This document shows, one piece after another, positions 16,268 through 25,701 of a DNA stretch of 64,000 nt (positions within the stretch are counted from its first letter, which is position 1; each line of letters opens with the position of its first letter). The notes below the pieces were generated by a model. It was not told the DNA's origin, did no database searches, and saw only the letters and a list, made by a program, of their open reading frames with translations. Position numbers and translations under genes: made by a program. This stretch comes from a virus (taxonomy: Duplodnaviria > Heunggongvirae > Uroviricota > Caudoviricetes): positions 102,718 through 166,717 of the IMG/VR virus record IMGVR_UViG_3300025602_000002; one strand, 5' to 3'.

Positions 16268-16663
16268 TTATTTTTTAAATCTTTTTTCCAATTGTTTATA
16301 AAGCTCAAAATCGTCTTTTTCTTTCTTATTCTTCCGTCTTGTCGCGTTTCGCTTTCTAGTTATTTCAGATTTTTTTGCTCTATCTTTTAATACATTCGTT
16401 CTAATAGTAAATTCCTCATCCGTCTCTTTTCGACTCACGCTAACCTCTAATTCGTCGAGCTCTATCCTATCGTCCCACGAGTTGAACTGGCTACAAACTG
16501 CGGTAAACCTCACATCTGGGTTGTCTACCCCTGTCTGTTGTCTAGAAAGAGCTATGATGTGCCTTAGTACCTCTTGTACGTCTTCAAGTTTTCCTTCTAG
16601 ATCATCATAATCATACGGGTGTGCTATTATTATTTTAACTGTTTTCTTTTCATAACTTGCCAT
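16268..16663 (-). CDS. Hypothetical protein
   Basis: 131 aa with a basic C-terminal tail. Confidence 0.4.
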   Translation of the reverse strand: MASYEKKTVKIIIAHPYDYDDLEGKLEDVQEVLRHIIALSRQQTGVDNPDVRFTAVCSQFNSWDDRIELDELEVSVSRKETDEEFTIRTNVLKDRAKKSEITRKRNATRRKNKKEKDDFELYKQLEKRFKK

Positions 16664-16685
16664 TGTTTTTTATTGGTTTTATTTG

Positions 16686-16756
16686 AGCAACTAGAGAGAA
16701 TCGAACTCTCATCGTCTGAGTGGAAGTCAGAAGTCTTACCGTTGGACCATAGCCGC
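16686..16756 (-). tRNA. tRNA-Gly(TCC)
   Basis: Acceptor GCGGCTA/TAGTTGC, anticodon stem TCTGA/TCAGA with loop CTTCCAC, T-arm GAGAG-TTCGATT-CTCTC. Confidence 0.65.
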
Positions 16757-17083
16757 TTTAATTGGTAAAGCTGTGACAATTTCATTAGTTTTCTTATCAT
16801 ATACTACTTTGTATCTAATGCTATTTTGCTCAATAATCATAACTAACCTGTGTCCTACTTTTTCTAGAACGCTTACTCCTTGGTCGTTATACTCGTTCCT
16901 AATTCTATTCAATAATTCTTTTCTTAGCTTTTTGGTCAACGTAATATCATAACGCTCTTCAAATCTTTTTACAGCGTGTTGTCGTTGATTGTGTTTATAA
17001 CTCATGTTGCCCTTTCTATTTATTTGAGCAGCTAGACGGATTTGAACCGACATTCCAACCATGGCAAGGTTGTGTCCTACCAT
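16757..17083 (-). CDS. Hypothetical protein
   Basis: Track ORF 16736..17083 trimmed because its end overlaps tRNA-Gly. Confidence 0.35.
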
Positions 17084-17097
17084 TAGACGATAGCCGC
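17027..17097 (-). tRNA. tRNA-Gly(GCC)
   Basis: Acceptor GCGGCTA/TAGCTGC, anticodon stem CAACC/GGTTG with loop TTGCCAT, T-loop TTCAAAT. Confidence 0.65.
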
Positions 17098-17098
17098 A

Positions 17099-17776
17099 TT
17101 ACCAAGAAACTTTTCTTATTTTTAATAGAAAATCATTTACTAATTTTGAGTTAGCTTCTTTTTTTGTAGACTTATTAAACGCGTCTTCTAGTTTTTCTTC
17201 CCAAGAGCTACAAGTTTTTATAACCTCTGGTATAGTAGATTCGCCTTCCTTATATTTTCTGCAAAGAATGCCTACTTCTGTATCAGCTATTCTGGCTGTA
17301 AAATCGCCAGTTTGTAATAGTTCGTATCCATTATATAACATTCTTAACCAGGCCGCTGATGATTTTCTTTTTCTAATGGTATCTAATTCTACATTTCCAT
17401 TACTAAGGGCTTCATCATTTTCTAAAAGCTTTTTGCGTTGCGATTGAGCATAACCCCTGTACGAGTGGAAAACTAATTTAGAACTCCAAACGTCTGGAAA
17501 TAGACTTCTTAACTCTTCACACCAGTTCTCGTTTTCTGTAGTAAATGTCGCTTTAAAAGTTTCCAGAATTGTAGGATTACTTCTTAATGCGAAATGTAGA
17601 AATCTAGCTAATTCCCAGGTATCTGCTGGATCCTTTGGATCGCTGGGCTGGTGCTCTGGTAAAGCTAAAATATTTGAAGTAGTCTCAATAAATACAGTTT
17701 TATAATCGAAATCACTTATAGGAGTATCTAACCCATGCAATCTACTTCCTACTAACGCTCTCATTAATAATCTCAT
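17099..17776 (-). CDS. Pol-beta-superfamily nucleotidyltransferase
   Basis: GS-x-D-x-D motif GSRLHGLDTPISDFDY near the N-terminus. Confidence 0.45.
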   Translation of the reverse strand: MRLLMRALVGSRLHGLDTPISDFDYKTVFIETTSNILALPEHQPSDPKDPADTWELARFLHFALRSNPTILETFKATFTTENENWCEELRSLFPDVWSSKLVFHSYRGYAQSQRKKLLENDEALSNGNVELDTIRKRKSSAAWLRMLYNGYELLQTGDFTARIADTEVGILCRKYKEGESTIPEVIKTCSSWEEKLEDAFNKSTKKEANSKLVNDFLLKIRKVSW

Positions 17777-17804
17777 TTATAATTCCCTATTGTTAATAAT
17801 TGTT

Positions 17805-17836
17805 AAAAAAAAGACCCAGCGAGTGATCGCCGGGCC
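17805..17836 (-). terminator. Rho-independent terminator
   Basis: Hairpin CCCGGCGA-TCAC-TCGCTGGG followed on the minus strand by an 8-T run. Confidence 0.5.
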
Positions 17837-17901
17837 TAATTTCAAAGATATAAAGCGGTTAAGCTTTATAATGTCTTTTATTGACGATCTACATAGAAGC
17901 G

Positions 17902-18288
17902 CTAGCCTTCGCTAACTGTGAACTCCTGTGGAGTGAATTTCCCTTTTACAGGTATGGCGATGGTTAAAACACCACGAACTAGCGAACTAGTTAATTTTCC
18001 ATAATTAAAATGTTCACCGTTCTGTAATGGAAATTCGTTATAGAAACCTTTACAGAAAGTTCCTTTACCAATCTCTTTATCCGGTCCAGCTGTCACTAAC
18101 AGGCGGTCATGAGTTGAAGGCGAATTGCCGAACGCAGTTCCAGCCTTAGCTATTCTAATTTTAATGTTAGAAGCCTGATAACCTGGTACTAATAGCTCAA
18201 CCATTACGTTTGGCTCGTTCCAGTACAGTACGAAGTCTACTGCATCATATTTTTTATCGTCACTTAATTTTGAGTATAAATTGCTCAT
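17902..18288 (-). CDS. Hypothetical protein
   Basis: 128 aa, TAG stop. Confidence 0.4.
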   Translation of the reverse strand: MSNLYSKLSDDKKYDAVDFVLYWNEPNVMVELLVPGYQASNIKIRIAKAGTAFGNSPSTHDRLLVTAGPDKEIGKGTFCKGFYNEFPLQNGEHFNYGKLTSSLVRGVLTIAIPVKGKFTPQEFTVSEG

Positions 18289-18300
18289 TTGTTGTCTTGA

Positions 18301-19992
18301 TTATTTCATTTTTAGTTGATACATCCGATTCATTTCATAGAACCGAACAATATTGCCCTCGTGGGCCAGTGTCATCGACGACTTGATGGCAGAGTCTTTG
18401 TAGACCTGCACATCACTTGAAGCCTTAGCGCGAAACATTTCTAAAGCGCCATCTTCATGTATACTTATAGTTAATCCGTTAGGTAGGCAGATAAAATTCA
18501 ACATATTATCTGCGTCCTTCAAGATTCTTATATCATATTTTTTGAAATTTTCATCGAATACGATAATAAATTTATCATACTTGCTGCCTGATTGTCCTAT
18601 TATCATACAAACCCTGTCTCGGCATTTTGCATCAATTATCTTGTACTTATCTAGTTCAGGAATTGCTACAATTGCACATTTGTTGGGTGCGTATGGTAAA
18701 TATAAATGAGTTTTACCTAAAATACTAGAACATAATACTCCATCTAACATTTCTGTAGAATTATTGAATATTTCCCAAGTATTTAAAATATAAAACGTAG
18801 GCTTTGAGCCGGTATCTAATACATCTATTTCAAAAAATCTATCCTTGTTTACGCCATATAGCCTATTTTCGTATATCATAGTTTTTTCAACCTTAATATT
18901 TGTACTATGATAAGGAGATTGGCTATCTTCCAATGATCTGTATACTAAAGATTCATCCTTAGTTTTCACAAGAAACGTCTTTTGAGACATACTGTGTGAA
19001 AAAACCTTGGAGGTGGTATCTTTAATATAACTATTATTGTTATATATGACAACATCTTTTTTGGTATATATTATATACTGTCTACCAAAATAAGTGCAGT
19101 CAATTATGTCGCCAGGATAATCGTTTAATTGTTGTATTGTAAAATATTTGCTTCCGGTGTGTGTTGTTATTATAGGAGTTATTGGAAGTATAATGTACTG
19201 CCCTTTCATGTCTGGAGGAGTACTTCTATAACCATTTTCAAATACTTCTTTAAACCAATCATAATAACTCTTAGGTATATTTGTAAAGTCCCTTACTGCG
19301 CCCGGAACACGCGTTTCAGGGTTAAAGATTGATACGTTTGCTCTCATACGTTCTTCTAATGTAGCTCGTTTAAAGTGAGAATTCTTTCCCTTATATGGGT
19401 GAATTCCTATAAACAGTTGACAAGCTATTACAGCGAAGGAAAACCAATCTGAAATTTCTGTGAATTCTGTAGCATGCCAATCTCTAATAGAGGGCATAAT
19501 TACTGTAGCTGGATAATTAGGAGTTTGCCATGAGTTTACATCTATACAATAAGCAGTAGTATGCTTTCTAGTTTCTATTAAATAATTTAATTCGTTACCA
19601 TCGACCATTATTATGTCATGATCGTGCACATGACTAATTGTATCCTTAATATTTGTAACTAATTTAGTAACGGTATCGTTATTTAAATTGTTTCTATTAA
19701 GATACGCAGATGTAAACATTCTTGGTAATGGAATAGACTGAGGTACAGTCTGCATCATAAATCCTATTAACGTGTTTTTTGTAGTGTAAATTAAATTCTC
19801 AGGTTTTATAATGGTATTCTTAGTAAGAACTGACAGTTCCCTAATTTTTTCTTCAGGTATCATAGTTTTTGGGTCATGAAATATTTTATAAGCTCTTCCA
19901 CCTTTTACATATACTTTACCCTCTCCACCTTGAGCTACAAAATTAGAGTCTAATAATGATACTTGCCCCTTTCCTTGTACTAAAACCTTCAT
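18301..19992 (-). CDS. Ser/Thr protein kinase-like protein
   Basis: Glycine-rich loop with an invariant Lys (AQGGEGKVYVKGGRAYKIF) and a catalytic-loop-like segment HDIIMVDGNELN. Confidence 0.5.
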   Translation of the reverse strand: MKVLVQGKGQVSLLDSNFVAQGGEGKVYVKGGRAYKIFHDPKTMIPEEKIRELSVLTKNTIIKPENLIYTTKNTLIGFMMQTVPQSIPLPRMFTSAYLNRNNLNNDTVTKLVTNIKDTISHVHDHDIIMVDGNELNYLIETRKHTTAYCIDVNSWQTPNYPATVIMPSIRDWHATEFTEISDWFSFAVIACQLFIGIHPYKGKNSHFKRATLEERMRANVSIFNPETRVPGAVRDFTNIPKSYYDWFKEVFENGYRSTPPDMKGQYIILPITPIITTHTGSKYFTIQQLNDYPGDIIDCTYFGRQYIIYTKKDVVIYNNNSYIKDTTSKVFSHSMSQKTFLVKTKDESLVYRSLEDSQSPYHSTNIKVEKTMIYENRLYGVNKDRFFEIDVLDTGSKPTFYILNTWEIFNNSTEMLDGVLCSSILGKTHLYLPYAPNKCAIVAIPELDKYKIIDAKCRDRVCMIIGQSGSKYDKFIIVFDENFKKYDIRILKDADNMLNFICLPNGLTISIHEDGALEMFRAKASSDVQVYKDSAIKSSMTLAHEGNIVRFYEMNRMYQLKMK

Positions 19993-20768
19993 AATATTAT
20001 TCCAGCAATTCCAATATCGTCTGCGTTAGTAATATAATTTCTATTCCAGGTTTTCTTAAGAAACCTTAGTTTTCTTACAGCGAATGCTCCTGCGGCACTT
20101 GGGAAATGAGTGATGATATCATCAATCACTACTCTCTCTCCAGTATCCCTATCTATTACTTGGTCTATACCATCAGTAGTTAAAATTACCGAAGCTATCG
20201 GGTAATCAGGCTGAAATATAAAGGGCATTCCAGTTTCTAATGCTACATTGGTAGGATCCTCGTCACCATCATTCATGTGAACAACTGTTTGTCCTTTGTC
20301 CTTTAAACACTCTTTGTATTCTTCCTGATCTTTTCGAGTAATGTTATACGCAGGATAGTATGGAGTATTATGAGGTGATTGAATATCTATATGAAGCGGT
20401 CCTTCTTTTGAATCTAAGAAACAATGTCCATCTCCGGCCATAAGAATATAAAAGCTTTGTTTTTCTTTATTATAGATAGCTACCAACACAGTTGACAGCA
20501 GCATACGGCGGTCCAGGCCTTGGACATCAGTATAACCTTTACATAATTGAAGTTGCCACTCTAATTTTTGACGAGTCAGCTCTCCAAATTCTCTAATGGC
20601 TTGTTCTACACTATGGGCTATTAATCTAGCTCCAAAATCTGTGTGAGGAGCGCTTGAACACCCATCACATACAATAATATAAGCTATCTCATCTGTTTCC
20701 CCATGAAGTGTATAATCTTCACAAACCCGATGAGTGGCCCCTTGAATAAAATGTGAATCTATGTTCAT
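19989..20768 (-). CDS. PP2C-family Ser/Thr phosphatase-like protein
   Basis: GATHRVCEDY...IVCDGCSS...DDIGIAGIIL resemble PP2C motifs. The TGA stop overlaps the kinase ATG. Confidence 0.45.
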   Translation of the reverse strand: MNIDSHFIQGATHRVCEDYTLHGETDEIAYIIVCDGCSSAPHTDFGARLIAHSVEQAIREFGELTRQKLEWQLQLCKGYTDVQGLDRRMLLSTVLVAIYNKEKQSFYILMAGDGHCFLDSKEGPLHIDIQSPHNTPYYPAYNITRKDQEEYKECLKDKGQTVVHMNDGDEDPTNVALETGMPFIFQPDYPIASVILTTDGIDQVIDRDTGERVVIDDIITHFPSAAGAFAVRKLRFLKKTWNRNYITNADDIGIAGIIL

Positions 20769-20797
20769 AGTTTTCCTTTTAATAAGAACGAACGTAA

Positions 20798-20865
20798 CAG
20801 CGCGGATTGGATTCGAACCAATGTCTAGGGTATCCCCTAACTCTACCCTGCTGAGATACCGCCCC
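20798..20865 (-). tRNA. Short tRNA-like element (about 68 nt) with a tetraloop central arm
   Basis: T-arm ATTGG-TTCGAAT-CCAAT and a 6-of-7 acceptor stem. The central arm is TAGGG-GATA-CCCTA. Confidence 0.25.
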
Positions 20866-20896
20866 GTTACGCCGTTTCTTACGTACGTTTTGTAAG

Positions 20897-21661
20897 TTAG
20901 AATTTCATACTAGCTTGAGCAGAAGGTCCGCCAGTGCCAAGTGAATGGCTCTGTGAACTAATGCTTTGGCTAATGAAATTCCCTAATTTTGCAAGAGTTT
21001 TAGCATTTGCATTGCCCGCATCAATATATTGCGTGAGGTCTGCATCATCTTTAAACTCTTTTAATAGTTGTGAAACCCTAGAGCCCCAACCATGGTTGCC
21101 GTCTGTGCCTATCCCGATTAATACGGAAATTAAAGATTCAATTGATTCTTCGGCACGTTTAATGGAGTGTATTCTGTCCTTTACATTAGTGGCTGTCATA
21201 GTCGAAGAATTATCATCTCCGTCTGTAATAACATACACGGCAGCATTTACACTGTATTCCTGGTCCGCTAGGGATTTACCATACTGTTCAATTGATCCGA
21301 TCATATCATAAGTGGCATCAAACAGGTTAGTAGCTGCGTCAGGTACTAATTTCCCTGAATACTCACTTAAATCTATATCGTTTACAGGCTTAAATCCATG
21401 GATTTCCAAAATATCAGTCTGACTATTAAACAGTGTTACCCTAACAAGTAGATTTTCAGAACGTGCAGACATTTTACATGCCCCCACTATTTCTTCAATC
21501 ATCTTTTGTAACATAGTTTCATAACCGCCCACTGATCCGGTAATGTCAACGACTATACCTACTAAGGTATATTCGGAGGCTTCTAGTTCATCTAAGCCTA
21601 TTGCTGAAAACTTAAAATTTCCAGCTCCTAATAAGTCCACACTTTGCATGGTATCTACCAT
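20897..21661 (-). CDS. von Willebrand factor A (vWA) domain protein
   Basis: MIDAS motif DITGSVGG in the N-terminal region. Confidence 0.55.
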   Translation of the reverse strand: MVDTMQSVDLLGAGNFKFSAIGLDELEASEYTLVGIVVDITGSVGGYETMLQKMIEEIVGACKMSARSENLLVRVTLFNSQTDILEIHGFKPVNDIDLSEYSGKLVPDAATNLFDATYDMIGSIEQYGKSLADQEYSVNAAVYVITDGDDNSSTMTATNVKDRIHSIKRAEESIESLISVLIGIGTDGNHGWGSRVSQLLKEFKDDADLTQYIDAGNANAKTLAKLGNFISQSISSQSHSLGTGGPSAQASMKF

Positions 21662-21691
21662 TGATAATCTCCTTTATCTTTGTGTGTTTGT

Positions 21692-22555
21692 TTATTTCAA
21701 AAAGTCTTCAGCTTTACAGATCTGCATACCGCGTGAAACCATTTCCGTTACAAAGTCGGTACCCAATTTCTCAAACCCAGTAACATTTGAAGAAGTGTCT
21801 TCAAGCAGTACTAGTTTTTTGATATTCTCTTCTCCGAAGTTGTCTGCAATATCTTTAACTGTATTAGCTACACAGTGTGATAGAGCCTGACCTGAAAGGG
21901 CAATTATGTCTGCGTCTTTTAAAAGTTTTAAAAGAGTGACGTTTAACTGCGTAGTAGGATCTTCATCGTCAGGTACATCAGCAATAACGCCAGAGTAATG
22001 TTCTGTCCAAGGGTTGTGTCCTTTTGTAACATAGTTTATTCTGCGTTTTCTGCTTTCTTCCCAGGCTTCAAGTTCTGCGTTTACAACATCTACTACATTG
22101 TGGCCCCATGTGCCCACTTTACAATGTGGTGGCCATATACACAGAAGGTATCTGTCGTTGTCTTGGAGAGCTTGCAGGTAAGCTCTGGCTCTTGGAATTC
22201 GATCTGGGCTAGTCGGTGTCCAAACTGATCCGTTTAAGTCGTCTAGACTTATAAGTGTAAACGGGCCCGGATGTTCTCCAGCACTATTCATCCAAAATAA
22301 TGGATGCGAAATATCCAACAATTGGTGGGTATCTAGCGTCACGTGGATCCCAGTAATTTTACCTCTTAAGCGGTTAAGCACCATAGCTAACCTCTCAGAG
22401 TCCTCATAAGCCCCCGGTACCGGTAATTCTGGTTCTGGAAGTCGTAATCCTATATCCGCCAAATTTATGCCGGCTTTTTGAAGTAAGACTAAATCATTGT
22501 TTCGATCCATAAAAGAGTTTTGTGGATCAATTATTAAGAAGTGCAATTTTTGCAT
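21692..22555 (-). CDS. Isochorismatase-family hydrolase, possibly a nicotinamidase
   Basis: N-terminal LIIDPQNSF and a catalytic-Cys context ALSHCVANTV. Confidence 0.45.
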   Translation of the reverse strand: MQKLHFLIIDPQNSFMDRNNDLVLLQKAGINLADIGLRLPEPELPVPGAYEDSERLAMVLNRLRGKITGIHVTLDTHQLLDISHPLFWMNSAGEHPGPFTLISLDDLNGSVWTPTSPDRIPRARAYLQALQDNDRYLLCIWPPHCKVGTWGHNVVDVVNAELEAWEESRKRRINYVTKGHNPWTEHYSGVIADVPDDEDPTTQLNVTLLKLLKDADIIALSGQALSHCVANTVKDIADNFGEENIKKLVLLEDTSSNVTGFEKLGTDFVTEMVSRGMQICKAEDFLK

Positions 22556-22609
22556 TTTGTTTTTTTTCCTTTTCTAACTTGTATGTTATTATTTCGTCAG
22601 TTTATTAAT

Positions 22610-23524
22610 TTAGAAGTTTCCGTAGTTTACTTGGAAACATTGTAGACCTAAGTCTTTACGCCATAGACCAACTACTTGGTCTCTATCATCAAACACGCAA
22701 AATACGTTGTATTTATCTTTAACGTGTTCATCATAAAGTTTGCGTTTAAGAATTGAATCTCTTATATTATGCTCAAACAATGGTCTCATGAACATCTTCC
22801 AATGAGGAAACGGAAGGTTTGCTTTCAAAAACTGTCTAGTTTCTGAAAGGTATTTTTCCGATCTTCCAGATAAAAAGATTATTTGGTATCCCTGTTTGTC
22901 CATAACGTGAAGAATTTCCCCCAAAATCGCATTGTAAGTATCGTTCTCACAAGTAGAGGCGTCATAAGGGTTACGGCCTTTAAGGAATGCCATCGTGCCG
23001 TCTAAGTCACAAATGATTGCCTTAGGTAAGCCGTCTACCAACTCAACCGTGCCTGGAGGCTCAGGATAGTCGTGAGGCTCATCTTTCTTTAGAAACCTAC
23101 TGTACATATCATAAATAACTTTAGAGCCTACATGGGCCGATCCTGTACGTAATGCGTCTCGATCAATGGCATCAAATACATCTGTAGGGAATTCTCTAAC
23201 CACAACTAATACGTCGTGCTTAACTTCCCGTAAAATGTTATAGTCCGCCACTATTTTTCTAATATGCTCCTCATTTGAGCTGTGTAAGTTTGTATCATCT
23301 ACGAATACTGATCTTCCGGCATCTAAGTATCTAAAGATTAAAGAGTCTCTAATTGCTTTAATTATTTTCTCATTTCCTTTAGAGTATACTCCACCATCAA
23401 CCATGCTTCGTAGACTATCCCTATTTACACGTTTGTATGTATCTGGCATTTTATCCATCATATCTACGGCATACGAAGTCTTACCGCTTGCGGGTAACCC
23501 CCGTAGTATTATTACTTGTCTCAT
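22610..23524 (-). CDS. pseT: Polynucleotide 5'-kinase / 3'-phosphatase (T4 Pnk-like)
   Basis: Walker A GLPASGKTSYA and a C-terminal HAD motif IICDLDGTM. Confidence 0.8.
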   Translation of the reverse strand: MRQVIILRGLPASGKTSYAVDMMDKMPDTYKRVNRDSLRSMVDGGVYSKGNEKIIKAIRDSLIFRYLDAGRSVFVDDTNLHSSNEEHIRKIVADYNILREVKHDVLVVVREFPTDVFDAIDRDALRTGSAHVGSKVIYDMYSRFLKKDEPHDYPEPPGTVELVDGLPKAIICDLDGTMAFLKGRNPYDASTCENDTYNAILGEILHVMDKQGYQIIFLSGRSEKYLSETRQFLKANLPFPHWKMFMRPLFEHNIRDSILKRKLYDEHVKDKYNVFCVFDDRDQVVGLWRKDLGLQCFQVNYGNF

Positions 23525-23548
23525 TTTGTATTTCCTTTTATTTATGGC

Positions 23549-23932
23549 TTAGTCTCTATCCCATAACTTTATAGAACTCTCCGCCGTACTCTGGGCGTGT
23601 TTGTACTCAACGTCAGAGTATTGGTATAAAGATGCTTTCCACATATCTTTATTTCGTGCAAATTGTTCAAGATGCTCGGGAGCTATCACTTCTGTTATTG
23701 ACAAACAGTTTCCAGCTGATTCACCTAACTGTGAACTATGTACGCGAGTATTTACATACAAAGTGTCAGAGTCAAAGTCTAACCAGTCGAAAGAGCGCCC
23801 CTCACCCTTTGGAATGAATTTAGTATTTTTGAGTTGGCATATCTCTAACACTGAAGGCTCATATAACCCAGGAAGCACCATTAATACTATATCGCCATCT
23901 TTCAGTGTTTTTAAAAGCTGGTTACTTTTCAT
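23549..23932 (-). CDS. Hypothetical protein
   Basis: 127 aa, between Pnk and the RNA ligase. Confidence 0.4.
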   Translation of the reverse strand: MKSNQLLKTLKDGDIVLMVLPGLYEPSVLEICQLKNTKFIPKGEGRSFDWLDFDSDTLYVNTRVHSSQLGESAGNCLSITEVIAPEHLEQFARNKDMWKASLYQYSDVEYKHAQSTAESSIKLWDRD

Positions 23933-24997
23933 TTATTCTCCAAACTTAATTAAGAAGTCAGGGTTAATTACTTTAAAACTAAAGCTACCATCTCTCGCTC
24001 TAATCACAATTCCCTCTCTTGGGATATCAGGATTTAGAAGGCTTGGGCCTTTAGAAAGCTCTACTAATTCGTCTACTGTATGGTTTAACACCATCTTTGG
24101 ATTAAGGACAGGTACAGTATTAAATATTCTATCTAACCCTCGTACGCGAACTTCCCCCTCAGTTGTGTAGTCCCCAAATATAAGATTTAGAAAGCTCTCA
24201 ATACTTCCAAAGCCACCATCTTGTATAGTAAAAGCGTTAAACATTTTTACTTCTGTAGCAGACAATTTGTATTTATTTTTCTGAATCCCTGGCCCCAGTA
24301 ATTCTCCTTGGAAAATTACATTTATACCAAGTTTAGACATTTTCTCTTCTGCGTCAATATCTCTAGCGACTTTCCAGAAAGAATTTTTGTCATTCTCTAT
24401 TAGGTCAAGCTTCCGACTGCATACTCCGAAAGGTGTTGCTTTTCGGTAGTTAGGTGCATAATAAAAGGTAGATGACGATCCATCTAATTTCTCTGTTATG
24501 TAGCACTCTGTTCCTGCCCATTCTTTTATTTCATCTACAAGATTCTGTACACGTTCTTCATCCGTCTTAGGAATCCAGGAAGGTCTGTGGCCTTTAATCT
24601 GGCCACTTAAGCATGCTGGAATGGGTGCTTCATATTTTACTACTTTCAAAAGTTCACTTACGTCTGTTCCCACTTCGGGGCCATCGGCGAGCTCTTCGAA
24701 AGTATCTAATGGCATGGCTAGCCCTTGACTAATTTGCTTACGCAATTTTATAGTTCGTAAGCGATAACCTCTTGTGCCGTCATCTATTGTTTTGACACCG
24801 TTTTTCTTTAAGAATTCAAACGGCTCTATTTCTGGCAACAAAGAGTCCACTTCAAAGTAGACGCATTTATCACCTATTTGAAATTCCCCCTTCTTAACTA
24901 CTAGATGCCAGCCTTTTACAGTTGCTTTTTCAATTACATCTGCTCCAGAGATAGGCTCTAAATTAGCTATGAGTTGGATTGTTGCTAAATGTCTCAT
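23933..24997 (-). CDS. ATP-dependent RNA ligase
   Basis: Nucleotidyltransferase motif I ITEKLDGSS (KxDG); 354 aa; sits next to the Pnk gene. Confidence 0.65.
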   Translation of the reverse strand: MRHLATIQLIANLEPISGADVIEKATVKGWHLVVKKGEFQIGDKCVYFEVDSLLPEIEPFEFLKKNGVKTIDDGTRGYRLRTIKLRKQISQGLAMPLDTFEELADGPEVGTDVSELLKVVKYEAPIPACLSGQIKGHRPSWIPKTDEERVQNLVDEIKEWAGTECYITEKLDGSSSTFYYAPNYRKATPFGVCSRKLDLIENDKNSFWKVARDIDAEEKMSKLGINVIFQGELLGPGIQKNKYKLSATEVKMFNAFTIQDGGFGSIESFLNLIFGDYTTEGEVRVRGLDRIFNTVPVLNPKMVLNHTVDELVELSKGPSLLNPDIPREGIVIRARDGSFSFKVINPDFLIKFGE

Positions 24998-24998
24998 T

Positions 24999-25520
24999 TT
25001 ATAATTTCCATTCTTGTTTTAAAAAGTTTATTCTGGCTGTTATACTTTTATAATATTGCCAACCTGCTGGAGACTCCCAGCGATTGCCCGCCCTGTAGGA
25101 TCTTACAGTTTTGGACCAGCTACCATTATGTCTCTCATTCTTCCAATAGGTTAGTTCAGTTATTGCTTCTCTACAACTAAGTATGTGACTATCTATGAGC
25201 CATTGGGCCACTACATTCCTATTAAAGGGTGTGTCCTCTATCTCATCTCTATGTCTACTCATATATGTGTTGATATTGATATGGTGAGCTCCTGCGGAAG
25301 GGTCTTGCAAATTTACAAGGTATTTACCTCCTGCAGATTCTTGCCACTCAATAGCAGCTAATGTCCACCCTAAATCAAAGGGCACCCCATATTCATAGGA
25401 TGCCCGTATTGATTCTTGTTGATGGCTTGTTAAAGCTTTCCATTCCTCAGGTAAGGCTCCAACGCATAAACATATATTTGTGAGTAGTATTAGTAAATAT
25501 CTAATCGAGCCAACTTGCAA
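24999..25520 (-). CDS. Hypothetical secreted protein, possibly lytic transglycosylase-like
   Basis: Signal-peptide-like N-terminus. The EWQESAGG motif weakly resembles an SLT domain. Confidence 0.25.
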   Translation of the reverse strand: MQVGSIRYLLILLTNICLCVGALPEEWKALTSHQQESIRASYEYGVPFDLGWTLAAIEWQESAGGKYLVNLQDPSAGAHHININTYMSRHRDEIEDTPFNRNVVAQWLIDSHILSCREAITELTYWKNERHNGSWSKTVRSYRAGNRWESPAGWQYYKSITARINFLKQEWKL

Positions 25521-25701
25521 TTGCAGCTATACCGCCTACAGCTAAAAATAATAAGACGAAGCCAAGCCACAGCGGGGCAGTTATCCACCACCAACTCCAT
25601 GTAATGACTCCAACTAACTTTAGGACAAGTAATACTATAAATAGTATGAATCCGGGATTTTTCATTTTTTCTCCGTTTGTTTTGGTTTTAAATATTTCCA
25701 A
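25501..25701 (-). CDS. Small membrane protein
   Basis: Two transmembrane helices, TAG stop. Confidence 0.35.
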   Translation of the reverse strand: MEIFKTKTNGEKMKNPGFILFIVLLVLKLVGVITWSWWWITAPLWLGFVLLFLAVGGIAAIASWLD

